In this document: positions 28,226 through 39,734 of the stretch, one piece after another
How positions within the stretch are numbered: position 1 is the stretch's first letter
Layout: each line of letters opens with the position of its first letter
Assembly (NCBI RefSeq): GCF_018350175.1
Contig: NC_058368.1
Span: 157,296,001-157,360,000, forward strand
Source: Felis catus
Taxonomy: Eukaryota
Direction of reading: 5' to 3'
Length of the DNA: 64,000 nucleotides
Notes under the pieces: model-generated
What the model saw: the letters and a program-made list of their open reading frames with translations, nothing else
Told to the model about the DNA's origin: nothing
The model's database searches: none
Program-made: the position numbers and the translations under genes

Positions 28226-29519
28226 AAGAACATCCAATGGAAAAAAGACAGTCTCTTTAACAAATGGTGCTGGGAGAACTGGACAGCAACATGCAGAAGA
28301 TTGAAACTGACCACTTTCTCACACCATTCACAAAAAATACACTCAAAATGGATAAAGGACCTTAATGTGACACAGGAAACCATCAAAACTCTAGAGGAGA
28401 AAGCAGGAAAAGACCTCTCTGACCTCAGCGATAGCAGTTTCTTACTTGACACATCCCCAAAGGCAAGGGAATTGAAAGCAAAAATGAACTATTGGGACCT
28501 TATGAAGATAAAAAGCTTCTGCACAGCAAAGGAAACAACCAACAAAACTAAAAGGCAACCAATGGAATGGGAAAAGATATTTGCAAATGACATATCAGAC
28601 AAAGGGCTAGTATCCAAAATCTATAAAGAGCTCACCAAACTCCACACCCGAAAAACAAATAACCCAGTGAAGAAATGGGCAGAAAACATGGATAGACACT
28701 TCTCTAAAGAAGACATCCGGATGGCCAACAGGCACATGAAAAGATGCTCAACGTCACTCCTCATCAGGGAAATACAAATCAAAACCACACTCAGATATCA
28801 CCTCACACCAGTCAGAGTGGCCAAAATGAACAAATCAGGAGACTATAGATGCTGGAGAGGATGTGGAGAAACGGGAACCCTCTTGCACTGTTGGTGGGAA
28901 TGGAAACTGGTACAGCCACTCTGGAAAACAGTGTGGAGGTTCCTCAAAAAATCAAAAATAGATCTACCCTATGACCCAGCAATAGCACTGCTAGGAATTT
29001 ACCCAAGGGATACAGAAGTACTGATGCATAGGGGCACTTGTACCCCAATGTTTATAGCAGCACTCTCAACAATAGGCAAATTATGGAAAGAGCCTAAATG
29101 TCCATCAACTGATGAATGGATAAAGAAATTGTGGTTTATATACACAATGGAGTACTACATGGCAATGAGAAAGAATGAAATATGGCCCTTTGTAGCAACG
29201 TGGATGGAACTGGAGAGTGTGATGCTAAGTGAAATAAGTCATACAGAGAAAGACAGATACCATATATTTTCACTCTTATGTGGATCCTGAGAAACTTAAC
29301 AGAAACCCATGGGGGAGGGGAAGGGAAAAAAAAAAGAGGTTAGAGTGGGAGAGAGCCAAAGCATAAGAGACTCTTGAAAACTGAGAACAAACTGAGGGTT
29401 GATGGGGGGTGGGAGGGAGGGGAGGGTGGGTGATGGGTATTGAGGAGGGCACCTTTTGGGATGAGCACTGGATGTTTTATGGAAACCAATTTGACAATAA
29501 ATTTCATATATTGAAAAAA
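28226..29519 (+). mobile_element. 5'-truncated felid-type LINE-1 (ORF2 C-terminus and 3' UTR)
   Basis: ORF2 peptide [19 protein letters not shown]...[17 protein letters not shown]...HIFSLLCGS* (stop 29290); G-rich 3' UTR; AATAAA; TSD aaatcttaaaaa (28216-27 / 29520-31). Confidence 0.95.
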
Positions 29520-31377
29520 AAATCTTAAAAAAAACCCCATGTTTATTTTATATACAATAAAATTCCCCCCTTGCTTTTTTTTAATGCTAGCTAGAATTCC
29601 ATTGTGGAAGTATTTAGTCTTGATTATTGTTTTAAAAATTAGATTTGCCAACTTTTACATTTCATATATGTTAATTTATACATTAAAATTTTCTTCTTCT
29701 TGGGCCATTTTAATAATTTATGTCTCATTAGGAAATCCTCTTATATAAGATTTTCAAGTATGTTGTCACTGAGCTGAATGTAATTATTTTAATCTTCTGT
29801 ATCTATATTATTTCTCATCTTATACCTTCCTCTTTATTTCTTCTTTAATTTATACTTAGAAAGAATTTAAGTACAAAATTTACTTATTTTAGTCTTTCTT
29901 CTTCAATAATGAAAGTACTTTAAATAAATCTTTGACTTTATCCCATACATTTTTTTAAAAAGTTTTTATAATACTTCCTGTGATTTCTTCTTTGCTCCAA
30001 GAACAATCTTAATTATGTTTTATAATTTCCAAGTCATTAAGATTTGATATTCTATTATTGTTTCTACTTGATTGGCTTTTAGATCAGAGAATATTGCCCA
30101 TAAAATGTCTACTTTCCTGATTTTAATGTTTCTTTTGTGAACACGTACATGACCAATTTTTTATAAATGTCCTAAATCATACAAAGGAACCATATATTCT
30201 TCAGTCAAAAGATGTATAAGTACATTTACATTATGAAAAAACTCAGCTTATTGATTATATTATTCAATTCTTATATAGCCCACTAATTTCTGCCTATTAG
30301 CTCTGTCACTGTAAAACAATGTTCAAATCTTCCATAAATTATATTCAAGTTTTCCTTGCAATTCTCATTGCTTTCATCTTGTATCAAGTGCTAGCAGTAA
30401 TGTAGAACTCAGAAATTCTCATTCAGTGGTAATAAGAATGCAAATTGGCATGTTGACTTCGAAAAACAGTATTATGAAGTACTAGTGAAGATATGCATAG
30501 CTGTGACCACCAATTTCAATTCTGGAAAAATCCCCTCTGGCACCAGGATACATGGACTAAAATGTTCACTGCTGCTCTAACTGTAATATGAAAAAAATGT
30601 AAGCAACTCAAACATCTATTAACTACAGAGTTAACAAAATATAATATACCCATAATAGTTAATTACACAGCAGTAAAATGAAAAAATATAGCTACACGCA
30701 ACATCATGAATAAATCTCAGGAATGTAATAATATTGAATGAGGAAAAGATACAGAAAAAATAGCAAGATCTCATTTATATGAAGTTCAAAAATATTCAAA
30801 ACTAAGCAATATATTAGGAGTACACCTATGTGTGGTAAAACTATAGAAAAAGAAAGGGAACAATAAACAAAATTCAGTGTACTGGTTGCTATCTCGGAGG
30901 GTGAGACTAAGACACAGGATTTGTCCAAGCGCACACAACAATTTCCAAGGTAATAGTACCCTACTTTTTTCTAAAACTTAATCGTGTGCACAAATGTCAA
31001 TGTACTATAGTTATTTATGTCTTGCAACGATTTATAAATATATGTGATTTCCTAATATTTAATAAAAACAATAAGACAATAAAAACCTGGGGAGCAAATT
31101 CCTATAATGACTTTTGTGACAAAATTATCATTAATGGCTATTCCAGTAATAACAGGGAGGAGGCTTCTCTCATTTATTCAGTATTTACTGAGCAGCTACT
31201 ATGTGCCCTCAGTGTTCAGCACTGAGTGAACAAAATAACAAAATAAACAAAACACTTATTCTATTGGAGCTTACATCCAGTGGGACAGAATCAACTCCTT
31301 ATTGCTATTTTCTATGAACCAAGAGAAGCCATTTCTTTTACTAGTAACTTGTTCAGGTTTTATGGTGAATGTAAACT

Positions 31378-31421
<44 letters not shown>

Positions 31422-31917
31422 TATATATATATACACCATATATATATGCCATATGAATTTACATTTTAAATTAAAATCATTCTTTTCTTACATATCGTTC
31501 ATCAAATCTGTAGTTATCATTGTCCAATAAGGGTTTTTGAGCAGCTACATATCTTGATAGATTCTTCCACCTAGGAAACAAGCAATCTAAATTGAAGCAT
31601 GTCAAGTAAAGCAAATAAATACATATTAAATACACTTAAGTATTCATAGTACACATTTCTTCTAGCCTTTGGTTAGAAGTCTTAAATTTATCCACTTCTG
31701 CAATAACCTTTGCAGGAACCAATACAGATTGTGTATTTTGGTCCCTTCACTTAAGGTCACAGAATGTATAACTTAATTACCCAAATACTTAAGTATCTCT
31801 CTGGTCAAACCAATAATGTTCAAGCACAATGAAAAAGAAAACTAGTTATTCCATGTAATTCTACATAATTATCAAAAAAGAAAATTATGTTCATTCAAGA
31901 GTGGCAAAAATGAATAC

Positions 31918-32046
31918 GCTGAATGATGGATCCCATTCTTTATTTCCACCAAACACGTTAACAGCAAGTCAATGACACCTCTTTGACGTGGAGCGCTGAC
32001 AAGACTTAATTAACTAGGTGTGAATTTATCTCAACTTGTCATGAGA
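31918..32046 (-). pseudogene. Relic exon p (129 nt, phase 0-0)
   Basis: SHDKLR*IHT*LIKSCQRSTSKRCH*LAVNVFGGNKEWDPSFS|gtattc. The IHT...LA...GG spacing matches a vWA C-terminus; acceptor weak. Confidence 0.4.
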
Positions 32047-32406
32047 CTACATTTATTTTCAGCCAGTACCAACCAATCCTCTTAGGTATTTCTAAGTTAT
32101 TTTGTACACAATTTTTACATGTTAAAAGACTAATAAATAACCTACAGTCCTAAATTGTAAAGATTATATGTAACATTTATGTAAAAAACAATGCCTTTTA
32201 TTTAAAATAAAGTGTTTCTGACCAATGATTTAAATTGTATCTGCCTAATTTGTGGTTTTTACACATTTGTACATGAATAAGTTTCAATCAAACTCAAAAC
32301 TAAATATGTCTAATATGTGTTATCTAAGCAGAGGATGGGAGAATGGAGAATCTTTATTTTTTTTCTTTTAAAAGAGTGTATTAAGCCACTTTTGTTGTGT
32401 TTTGTT

Positions 32407-32447
<41 letters not shown>

Positions 32448-32756
32448 GATTCTATCTAAAGAAATAGAATGGTTACATAGACCATATGTAAGTATTATTA
32501 TCTCTATCTACAAATGGTGAGCCAGGCTCTGAAAAATTTAGAGTATCTCCAAACCAGAAAATAGCAGAACAGAGACTCTAATCTAGATTCTCTATTCAAA
32601 ATTTTGAATTATTTTCACCACACATATTATCACCTCTCTTAGTTGGAGTGAGTGGCTTTCAGTATCAGGGGGAAAAAAATACCAAAAAGAGGAGAAATAC
32701 TCTTAGATAGTCTAAAGTTTAGAAAAGATACAGATTATTAAAAAAATTATTTTGGA

Positions 32757-32975
32757 GGGGCGCCTGGGTGGCGCAGTCGGTTAAGCGTCCGACTTCAGCC
32801 AGGGCACGATCTCGCGGTCGTGAGTTCGAGCCCCGCGTCAGGCTCTGGGCTGATGGCTCGGAGCCTGGAGCCTGTTTCCGATTCTGTGTCTCCCCCTCTC
32901 TCTGCCCCTCCCCCATTCATGCTCTGTCTCTCTCTGTCCCAAAAATAAATAAACGTTAAAAAAATTTTTTTTAAA
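32757..32975 (+). mobile_element. Young felid SINEC
   Basis: ggggcgcctgggtggcgcagtcggttaagcgtccg; CpGs intact; TSD ending ttattttgga. Confidence 0.93.
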
Positions 32976-33570
32976 AATTTATTTTGGATAACTTCCACCT
33001 TTTCAATAAAAATCTGACTGTCCACTGTATGCCAGGCACATGGGAGACAAAAATGAATAAAAGTCCTTACTCTAAATAAAGGAGCACGTAGCATAGCACA
33101 GACATATTCAGCGACAATTACAATAAAATATTATGAATACAAGAACACTGACATACAGAGGATGTTGTCACCTATGCAAGCAAGAGCAAGGGTGCCAGCC
33201 TTGGGTGGCCAGAGTCAGAAAACATTTCATCTAATCAACAAACATTAGGCACTGTGCCAGAAGCTGGAGCAGATAAATAAAACAGATCGGATCATAGCTC
33301 TCCTTGAACTTGCATTATAGAAGACACTATAAACAAGCAAATAAATGAGGTCATCCCATGTGATACTGGAATGAAATAGATCAACATACAGAGAAGACTG
33401 GGTCACTATCAATTGACATGTCAAGGAAGAACTCCCGTGAAAAAATGAGGAAGACCTGAGACGTCAGGGATGTATACCATTTTAAATAGTTATTGTTTAG
33501 CCTTTGGGGGCAAAATCAGTATGTTTTTAAAAACTAAGTACCTTTATATTCTACATAAAGTTTACTTTAC

Positions 33571-33666
33571 TTCAGGTAATGGTGTCATTTCGCTAAAGCT
33601 CAAAATCTCTTGGTTGAAGTTTCATCATCACCCAGTTGAAAAAATAAAGATGAAAGAACCCTTCTC
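33571..33666 (-). pseudogene. Relic exon o (96 nt)
   Basis: ctgtttattgaaag|EKGSFIFIFSTG***NFNQEILSFSEMTPLPE|gtaaag. IFIFSTG sits where the vWA YLLTDG/YLFTGG strand is expected. Confidence 0.35.
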
Positions 33667-33699
33667 CTTTCAATAAACAGAGCTGTTCTCAGCAGAAGG

Positions 33700-34250
33700 T
33701 AGCCTGGGGTAGCGGCGACAAGGTGCTGATGGCACTGAGGGCTGTCCTCACCTAGGCCAGCTCTCCTGGAAGTGCGCCGTCCGAAGGAGGGTGCGGTGCG
33801 CTCCGCGCAGGTGCTGGTGCAGGTGCCAGGTGCAGGCTGCCTCCTTGCCCTCGGAGCTCGGAGCTCCAGCTCGGCCGCTACTAACGCATCTGTCCCAGGC
33901 CCGCCCAGACCAGAAGGCTGCAGCCTCTGCCCTCCACCAGCAGCCTCCCACTTGGAAATGAAAAACCAATAGCATAAGGCCCACCTCCTCCCACTTCCAA
34001 ACACGTGTAACTACGAGCCTCTGGGATAGTCCTTGCAGATCTGGTGGCACGTGCCAAACGCGTGACGTCATACGTCACGCACAGGGCAGAGCCACGCCAG
34101 TTGGAGCCTGGGACAGACATTGGTCTCCAGGTGCAGGAAGGTGGGTCCTGAATTGCGTGTGTGGTATTGTAACACTCAGGACCTCTCAAAGGCCCCGGGA
34201 TGTGGCGCAGGCTCCGAGGGGTTTTCTTGCCATCTCCTACAACTCATCCC
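33700..34250. promoter_or_regulatory. Small orphan CpG island with CRE, E-boxes and CCAAT; candidate promoter
   Basis: CCAAT 33966-70; CACGTG 34002-07; palindrome TGGCACGTGCCA 34045-56; TGACGTCA 34063-70; second half-CRE CGTCA 34073-77. CpG-dense against AT-rich flanks. Confidence 0.65.
33752..33950 (-). pseudogene. Relic exon n (GC-rich, vWA-like core)
   Basis: gtttttcatttccaag acceptor and CTAG|gtgagg donor. Correcting small insertions gives AAFWSGRAW-TDALVAA-SSEGKEAACTW..HLRG. Confidence 0.5.
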
Positions 34251-34835
34251 TCAATTTTGGGAGTGTTTCTGGCCCTAGCAACTGAGATTTAAATGCGGAC
34301 CCAGAGAGCTGCGCTCCTAGCTTAAATTGGAGATCCTCTGGCCCCAGAGGTTTGGAGTTCAGTCTGTGGAGAAGAGTAAATGGGGCAGAATGTGGTTGAT
34401 TTATTTGTGATGAAAACGAAGGCTCCAGAGACAAGGTCCTGCCATACATCATTTTGAAGAAAAGGAATGATGGATTTAGGAAGCCCAAAAATAGTACCAG
34501 GGAGCAGAAATATTTAATCCTAAAAGCTAACACCTTTCAATTCTTGTCAATTCAGTGTCCCTTATTTTTCAGAGGTTTATTCGCCCTCAAACCCTTTCTC
34601 CCAAAGTATCAAGTTTTTGTTAAAATTACACCAGCAGTAATTTTGGAAAATATCATCAAAAGTAATGTTGCATAATGTGATGCCAATAAGGGACCCCAGG
34701 ATTAGAAGTTAAGAGACCTGGGATATTAGTGCCAGGCTTGATGTGGCCACCTGTAGGAACTACATTCCCTTGCCTCAAATTTGTTGATCAGTAAAGTAAG
34801 GGAGTTGAAACAGAGCTCTTAAAAATTTTTTTGAC

Positions 34836-34962
34836 CTTAGCAATTGTGAGACATTATCACAGATAGTCATGCAAATTTTTGTAACTGTAGTTTTGCCAGG
34901 ATCAAACCAGATATTAGGGACCCTTAGTACAGGGAACAAATCAAGGATAGACTTAGAGCATA
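34836..34962 (-). pseudogene. Relic exon m (127 nt, phase 1-2)
   Basis: ttttttttcttgccag|CSKSILDLFPVLRVPNIWFDPGKTTVTKICMTICDNVSQLL+AG|gtcaaa. Open frame. Confidence 0.45.
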
Positions 34963-35024
34963 CTGGCAAGAAAAAAAAATAGAAAAATTCTTAGTCAAAG
35001 CAGTATCTCTAAAATTTAGTTCAT

Positions 35025-35243
35025 TAAATTTTTTTATTAACGTTTTTTATTTATTTTTGAGGGACAGCGAGAGACACTGAGCACAAGCAGGGGAGGGGCA
35101 GAGAGAGAGAGGGGGACACAGAGTGGGTTCTAGGCTCTGAGTTGTCAGCACAGAGCCAGACACCGGGCTCGAACCCACAAATGGTGAGATAGTGACCTGA
35201 CCCAAAGTCAGATGTTTAACTGACTGAGCTACTCAGGCACCCC
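35025..35243 (-). mobile_element. SINEC
   Basis: TSD taaaatttagtt. Confidence 0.88.
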
Positions 35244-35400
35244 TAAAATTTAGTTTATCAAACCATTTGGTTTAATGTAATTGAATACAATTCAGAACTG
35301 ACCCTTATTGGCTTGTTTAAAGAGTAAATGCTGTCAGTTCTTTGGTTCTTACTTCCTACTTAGATTTGATTCTGGCCCTGTGGGCAATTTTGTGTGTGTG

Positions 35401-35435
<35 letters not shown>

Positions 35436-35449
35436 TAAAGTCCTATCAC

Positions 35450-35680
35450 CAAATCTAAAACTTTTTCAGTCTTCATTCTTTTTGAGTTTTATAAGTATCT
35501 GATGCTACCGATATCCCATACTTCTTAACATAACTTTCTTTTTCTTTCGTAAGATAAGTTTGTGTTTTATTTCTGGCTATTCTCTATGTCTTCTCTTCCT
35601 CCTTCCTCTCCTTTCTCCACACCCCAAAGTCTTGCACTTCATTCATTTTATCATTAAATTCTGTTTCATGGAAATCACAT
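35450..35680 (-). pseudogene. Relic exon l (charged linker)
   Basis: caatattcag|(R)CDFHETEFNDKMNEVQDFGVWRKERKEEEKT*RIARNKTQTYLTKEKESYVKKYGISVASDTYKTQKE*RLKKF*. 3' end uncertain. Confidence 0.35.
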
Positions 35681-36280
35681 CTGAATATTGCCTTAAATTA
35701 TTTGTTAGAAACTTTATAAATGTCTAACTCTAATACTATTCTTTGTCCAGAGTTTTCCAAATATTTGCTGAAAAAAATAATAATAAAATCACCAATTATT
35801 GGTGGCATCAATGTAAGCACTTAGTATATTGAATAAATATTATTAAAAAATTTTCATGCAGTAGCCTCAGATATGTGATAAATATATGGTATATATAGTA
35901 CTTATAAGTCTTGATACTATACCCACTGTATATGTACTTCTGGCAAACATTACTGTATTTCACTATGTACTTGTGTATCTTATAATGCTATCATAAATAC
36001 TATCATTTTGGGGAAAAGAGTTTATAGTTATGAATAATAATAAAAGTAAGACATGAATTATCAGCTCTTGAAAAAATGCCCTGCATCTTTACCATGTGGA
36101 AAGCCAATGTTTGTGTTACTAGAATAGCAATTCTCAACTTTTTGGTCTCAAAAGCTGTTTGCACTCTTACAAATTATTGAGAACCCCCCCCCAAATTTTT
36201 GTTTATGTGATTTGTATCTATTGATAATAACTTATTAGAAATTAATGCTGAGAAATATAGAAAATACTTGTTAATTCATA

Positions 36281-36805
36281 TGGTAGGCAGTCTTTATGAT
36301 GGCCCCCAATGATTCTTACCTGGTGGTATTCATGCCCTTGTGTAATCCCTTCCCCCTGAGCATGTGCTGGATTAATTGATTTTTTTTTTTTTTTGAAGGA
36401 CACGGCCAAAATGATGGGATGCCACTTTCAAGATTCGGTTACAGAAAGACTGTGGCTCCTCTCTCTCTCTCTCTCTCTCTCTCTTTGAGGGAAGCCAGCT
36501 GCCATGTTGTGACTTTCCTGTGGAGAGACCGATATAGCAAGGAACTGATGTCTCTGCTCGACAGCAGTGTGGAACTGGGTCCTGCTGACAGCCATGTAAG
36601 TGTGCTGAGCAGCTGATCCTGCCCCAGGCAGGCCTTCAGATGACTGCAGCTCTGCGGACACCTTGAATGTAGGCAACTTTGGGAGAGACCTTGAGCCAGA
36701 GGAACCCAAAGAAGCTGCACATGGGTTCCTGACACACAGAAATGGTGAGATAAGAAATAAATACTGTGAAGCCACTAAATTTTGGCATGACTTGTGATAC
36801 AGCAG
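36281..36805 (+). mobile_element. MaLR LTR (MLT1F/G-like)
   Basis: tggtaggcag...gatggcccccaatgat...tgtaatcccttcccc...aagccactaaattttgg. Confidence 0.75.
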
Positions 36806-37429
36806 TTTCCTTTAAATACAGTTTCCTTTAAAATAACAATAACAATCTTTTCATGAAAAATCACTATATTTTTCAAAATAAAACACGTAGCGAGATGAGT
36901 GATATTGTTTATGTTTTTGCAAATCTCTCACATGTCTAATTTTATGGAAAACATCTGGCTTCTCAAATCTGCCTCTGAATTTAATCTGTTACAGTACACT
37001 ATTTGGGTTGAAATACATGAGGAAATTTCAGCCTTAGACAGATATGTAGTTGTATAAGGAAGGAGTGTGTTAATACTCTTTGCTGATAAGTGTGGACAGT
37101 CTTCTTTGATCCTGTATCAGCATTCAATAGGTGGTAGTTTCCTAAGGGTTAGTTGCAACATAGAAATCATATACTCTGTTACATTTAAATTTATTGGTCT
37201 GTTGTGTGCTTTGACTGGATCTTTTACTAATGCATGATTTCGTAGCATCATGCATCGATCATTTGGATAATATTGGTCCTCTGATTTATGTAGACCTTCC
37301 ATTGACATGTTTCATCATTCAACAATTTCCCGGTATTCCCCTATTCCCCCCCTCTCCCCCCGAAAAAAACCCTCTTTGTTAATATTACCACTGCTCTTAT
37401 CAGAAAAGTCTTTAAGTTTGGGGAAGCTA

Positions 37430-38050
37430 TAGTATCATCTATTATTGCATAGCAAATTACTCAAACTTAGCAGCTTAGAACAATAAATTTTAACTATTTC
37501 ACAGTTTCTGTGGGTCAGGAATCCAGAGTGGCTTAGCTGAGTGGTTCCAGTTCAGGGTCTTTCAAAAGGTTGCAATCAAGCTGTTGGCTGGGCTGCAGTC
37601 ATTTCAAGGCTAAACTGAGAGACAGACTACTTCCAAACTGACTCATGTGCCATTTGGCAGGCTTCAGAGGATCCACTTCCAAATTTACTCACATGGTTGC
37701 TTGCAAGCCTCAGTTCCTTGCCAAGTGAACCTTTCCATAGGCTGCTTGAGTGTTTTCAAGGTGTAGCAGTTGGCTTTCTTCTCCCAGGGCTACCTCACAA
37801 CCTGACAGCTTGTCCTAGATGAGTGATGAGAGACAGAGAGAGAGAGAGAGAATATGAATATAAAAGAGCTCACCTAAGACAGAAGCATAGTCATTTTATA
37901 ACCTAATCTCAATATGACATCTCATCACTTCAGCCATATTCTATTTAGTAGAAATGGCTGAGCCCACAATCAATGGTTGGGAAACTAAGCCCTGCCTCTT
38001 GAGGAGAACTGGATCAAAGAATATTGGGACATAGCTACATAACCACCACA
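37430..38050 (-). mobile_element. MaLR LTR (MLT1E/F-like), reverse
   Basis: cacagtttctgtgggtcaggaatcc...ggcttagctg...aaccaccaca. Confidence 0.7.
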
Positions 38051-39122
38051 AGTTGTCAAACTTATGGTGCCAGATATAAGTTTTCCCAAATTCTAATTTT
38101 TGTTCTAAATTTATCATTGGCATTAAACACTGTCACTTGTTTTCCTTGAAATGACAACCTTCTTTCATTTTTTAGAAAATACCCTGGCAAACACTCAATG
38201 CTATATAACCATGGTTTCTGTCAGGTGTTCTTTCAAGTGAAAATTATATTCCATGGAAAAAGTCACTAATTCAAGTCACAGGTCAGGACAAGTATACTAT
38301 TAGTTTTTCCTTGAGGCAATCATGTATTTCAGTATGCAGCAGAAGGGCTTTATGCATACTTCCTGTTAACTCACACACAATATTAAAATGACATATATCC
38401 AAGGGTCAATATTTAATAAAATTGATCATTTTTATTGCTTCATCCAAGATATTCTTAGGTAAAATTGCCTTTTTTTTTTTTTTTTTTTTTTGGACAGACT
38501 GTAGTGCTCAGGACTTCAAACTGGGAAAACCATTGTAGGAATAGGTAAATCTGGAAAAGCTTCATGGGGAAGGGTGTGTGTTGAGATTAGCTGGAATTAC
38601 ATTTCAATTGACAGAGAGGAAGAAAGGTGGGAAAGGCAAGTAGGCAAAACCAGTGGAGCTGGAATGAAATGGGCACGTTCTATTCAAGAGGAAAGAAAGG
38701 GAAGGCTATTTGGGAGCAAGCTGTGGATTAGATATGGGCACCTGTGGAGGGACCCAGCCTAACATCTCCACAAAATAGACTCCAGCTGAAGGGGCGGTGT
38801 GAGGGAGGAAGGCTGCTAGAAGCCCATGGGCTTCTCAGAATGGTAAACCAGATAGAAGTGCAATAGGAGGTTACCAGTAGGGTTCCATATAGCACAGTCA
38901 CCTTTGACTATTTGTGGTTCCCGAGGGCACCAAAGCTGGTCACAACCACATAGTTAAGTAAGAGCTTTCCGCCCCCACTCTCCAACCCCCAGCAAAACTC
39001 AACTAGGAAAGGAAAGTTTTAAATGGAATGAGATTAGTGTTTGGATTATTACCCCAGACTGGACTCTAGGTACTAAAACTTGATTTATTACATGAGAGCC
39101 AGCACAGAACTGTAAAATCTAC

Positions 39123-39234
39123 CTGGGGTTTCAAGATAGTGAAGGTGGAGCACAGACAGTTGTAACAGTGCAAATTTGAAGGACAGCTGGAGAAAGGAGA
39201 TTGTTACTTTCAGCTTGCACACCACTGAGTTCTC
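39123..39234 (-). pseudogene. Relic exon k (112 nt, phase 1-2)
   Basis: ccactttattacag|(G)ELSGVQAESNNLLSPAVLQICTVTTVCAPPSLS*NP+AG|gtagat. Confidence 0.45.
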
Positions 39235-39555
39235 CTGTAATAAAGTGGTTACAATAACTATTGAGCATTTATTTTTGCCAGGCTGAGGTTCAGCTGGGCA
39301 CGTTTCCATGAATGGACAGGATGTATATATATTTAGGAGAATGGTGTTTTCAGAGTGATTGGAGCCAGGCTAACCTGTGTTCATGTCTCAGCTCTCCTAC
39401 TTTAAAAAATGGGACACATTGTTAATCTCCCTAGAGTCTGGGTTTCCTCATCTATAAAATGGGGATAAATAATGCCTATAGTAAAATTTAGGTTTCTAAT
39501 TTAATAATATCTTAGTTTAAAAAAAACAACAACAAAACACAGTGGACTAAAATAC

Positions 39556-39734
39556 CCCATGATGTTACTTTTACTGAACTAAAGTTAATGGAGTATATTT
39601 AAAGGATCATTCAGTAGCTTGTTCCATTTACAACTGTACTAATAGTTCCATTTCGTGATACCAAGATTCTCTCAAGGGAGAAATTAAGAACACAAAATAC
39701 TTGCTTTTAGTCCACAGAGTTGACTCTCTACCAA
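39556..39734 (-). pseudogene. Relic exon j (vWA-like N-terminal part)
   Basis: Long pyrimidine tract, then GRESTLWTKSKYFVFLISPLRESWYHEMELLVQL*MEQATE*SFK, frameshift, YSINFSSVKVTSW+G|gtattt. Confidence 0.45.

Larger units (their letters stand above)
36126..38470. mobile_element. Charlie1-like hAT fossil split by two MLT1 LTRs
   Basis: Terminus gcaattctcaactttttggtctca...ctcttacaaattattgaga resembles Charlie1/MER33; element sequence resumes at ~36810 and ~38050. Confidence 0.7.

Noticed and set aside
28301..29290. 329-aa ORF as a domesticated gene or active L1
   Set aside because: 5'-truncated ORF2 fragment with a non-ATG start; no promoter, ORF1, endonuclease or RT core.
33600..34189. ORFs over the small CpG island as an intact gene
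   Set aside because: Protein-like motifs are scattered across frames, which fits a frameshifted relic exon better.
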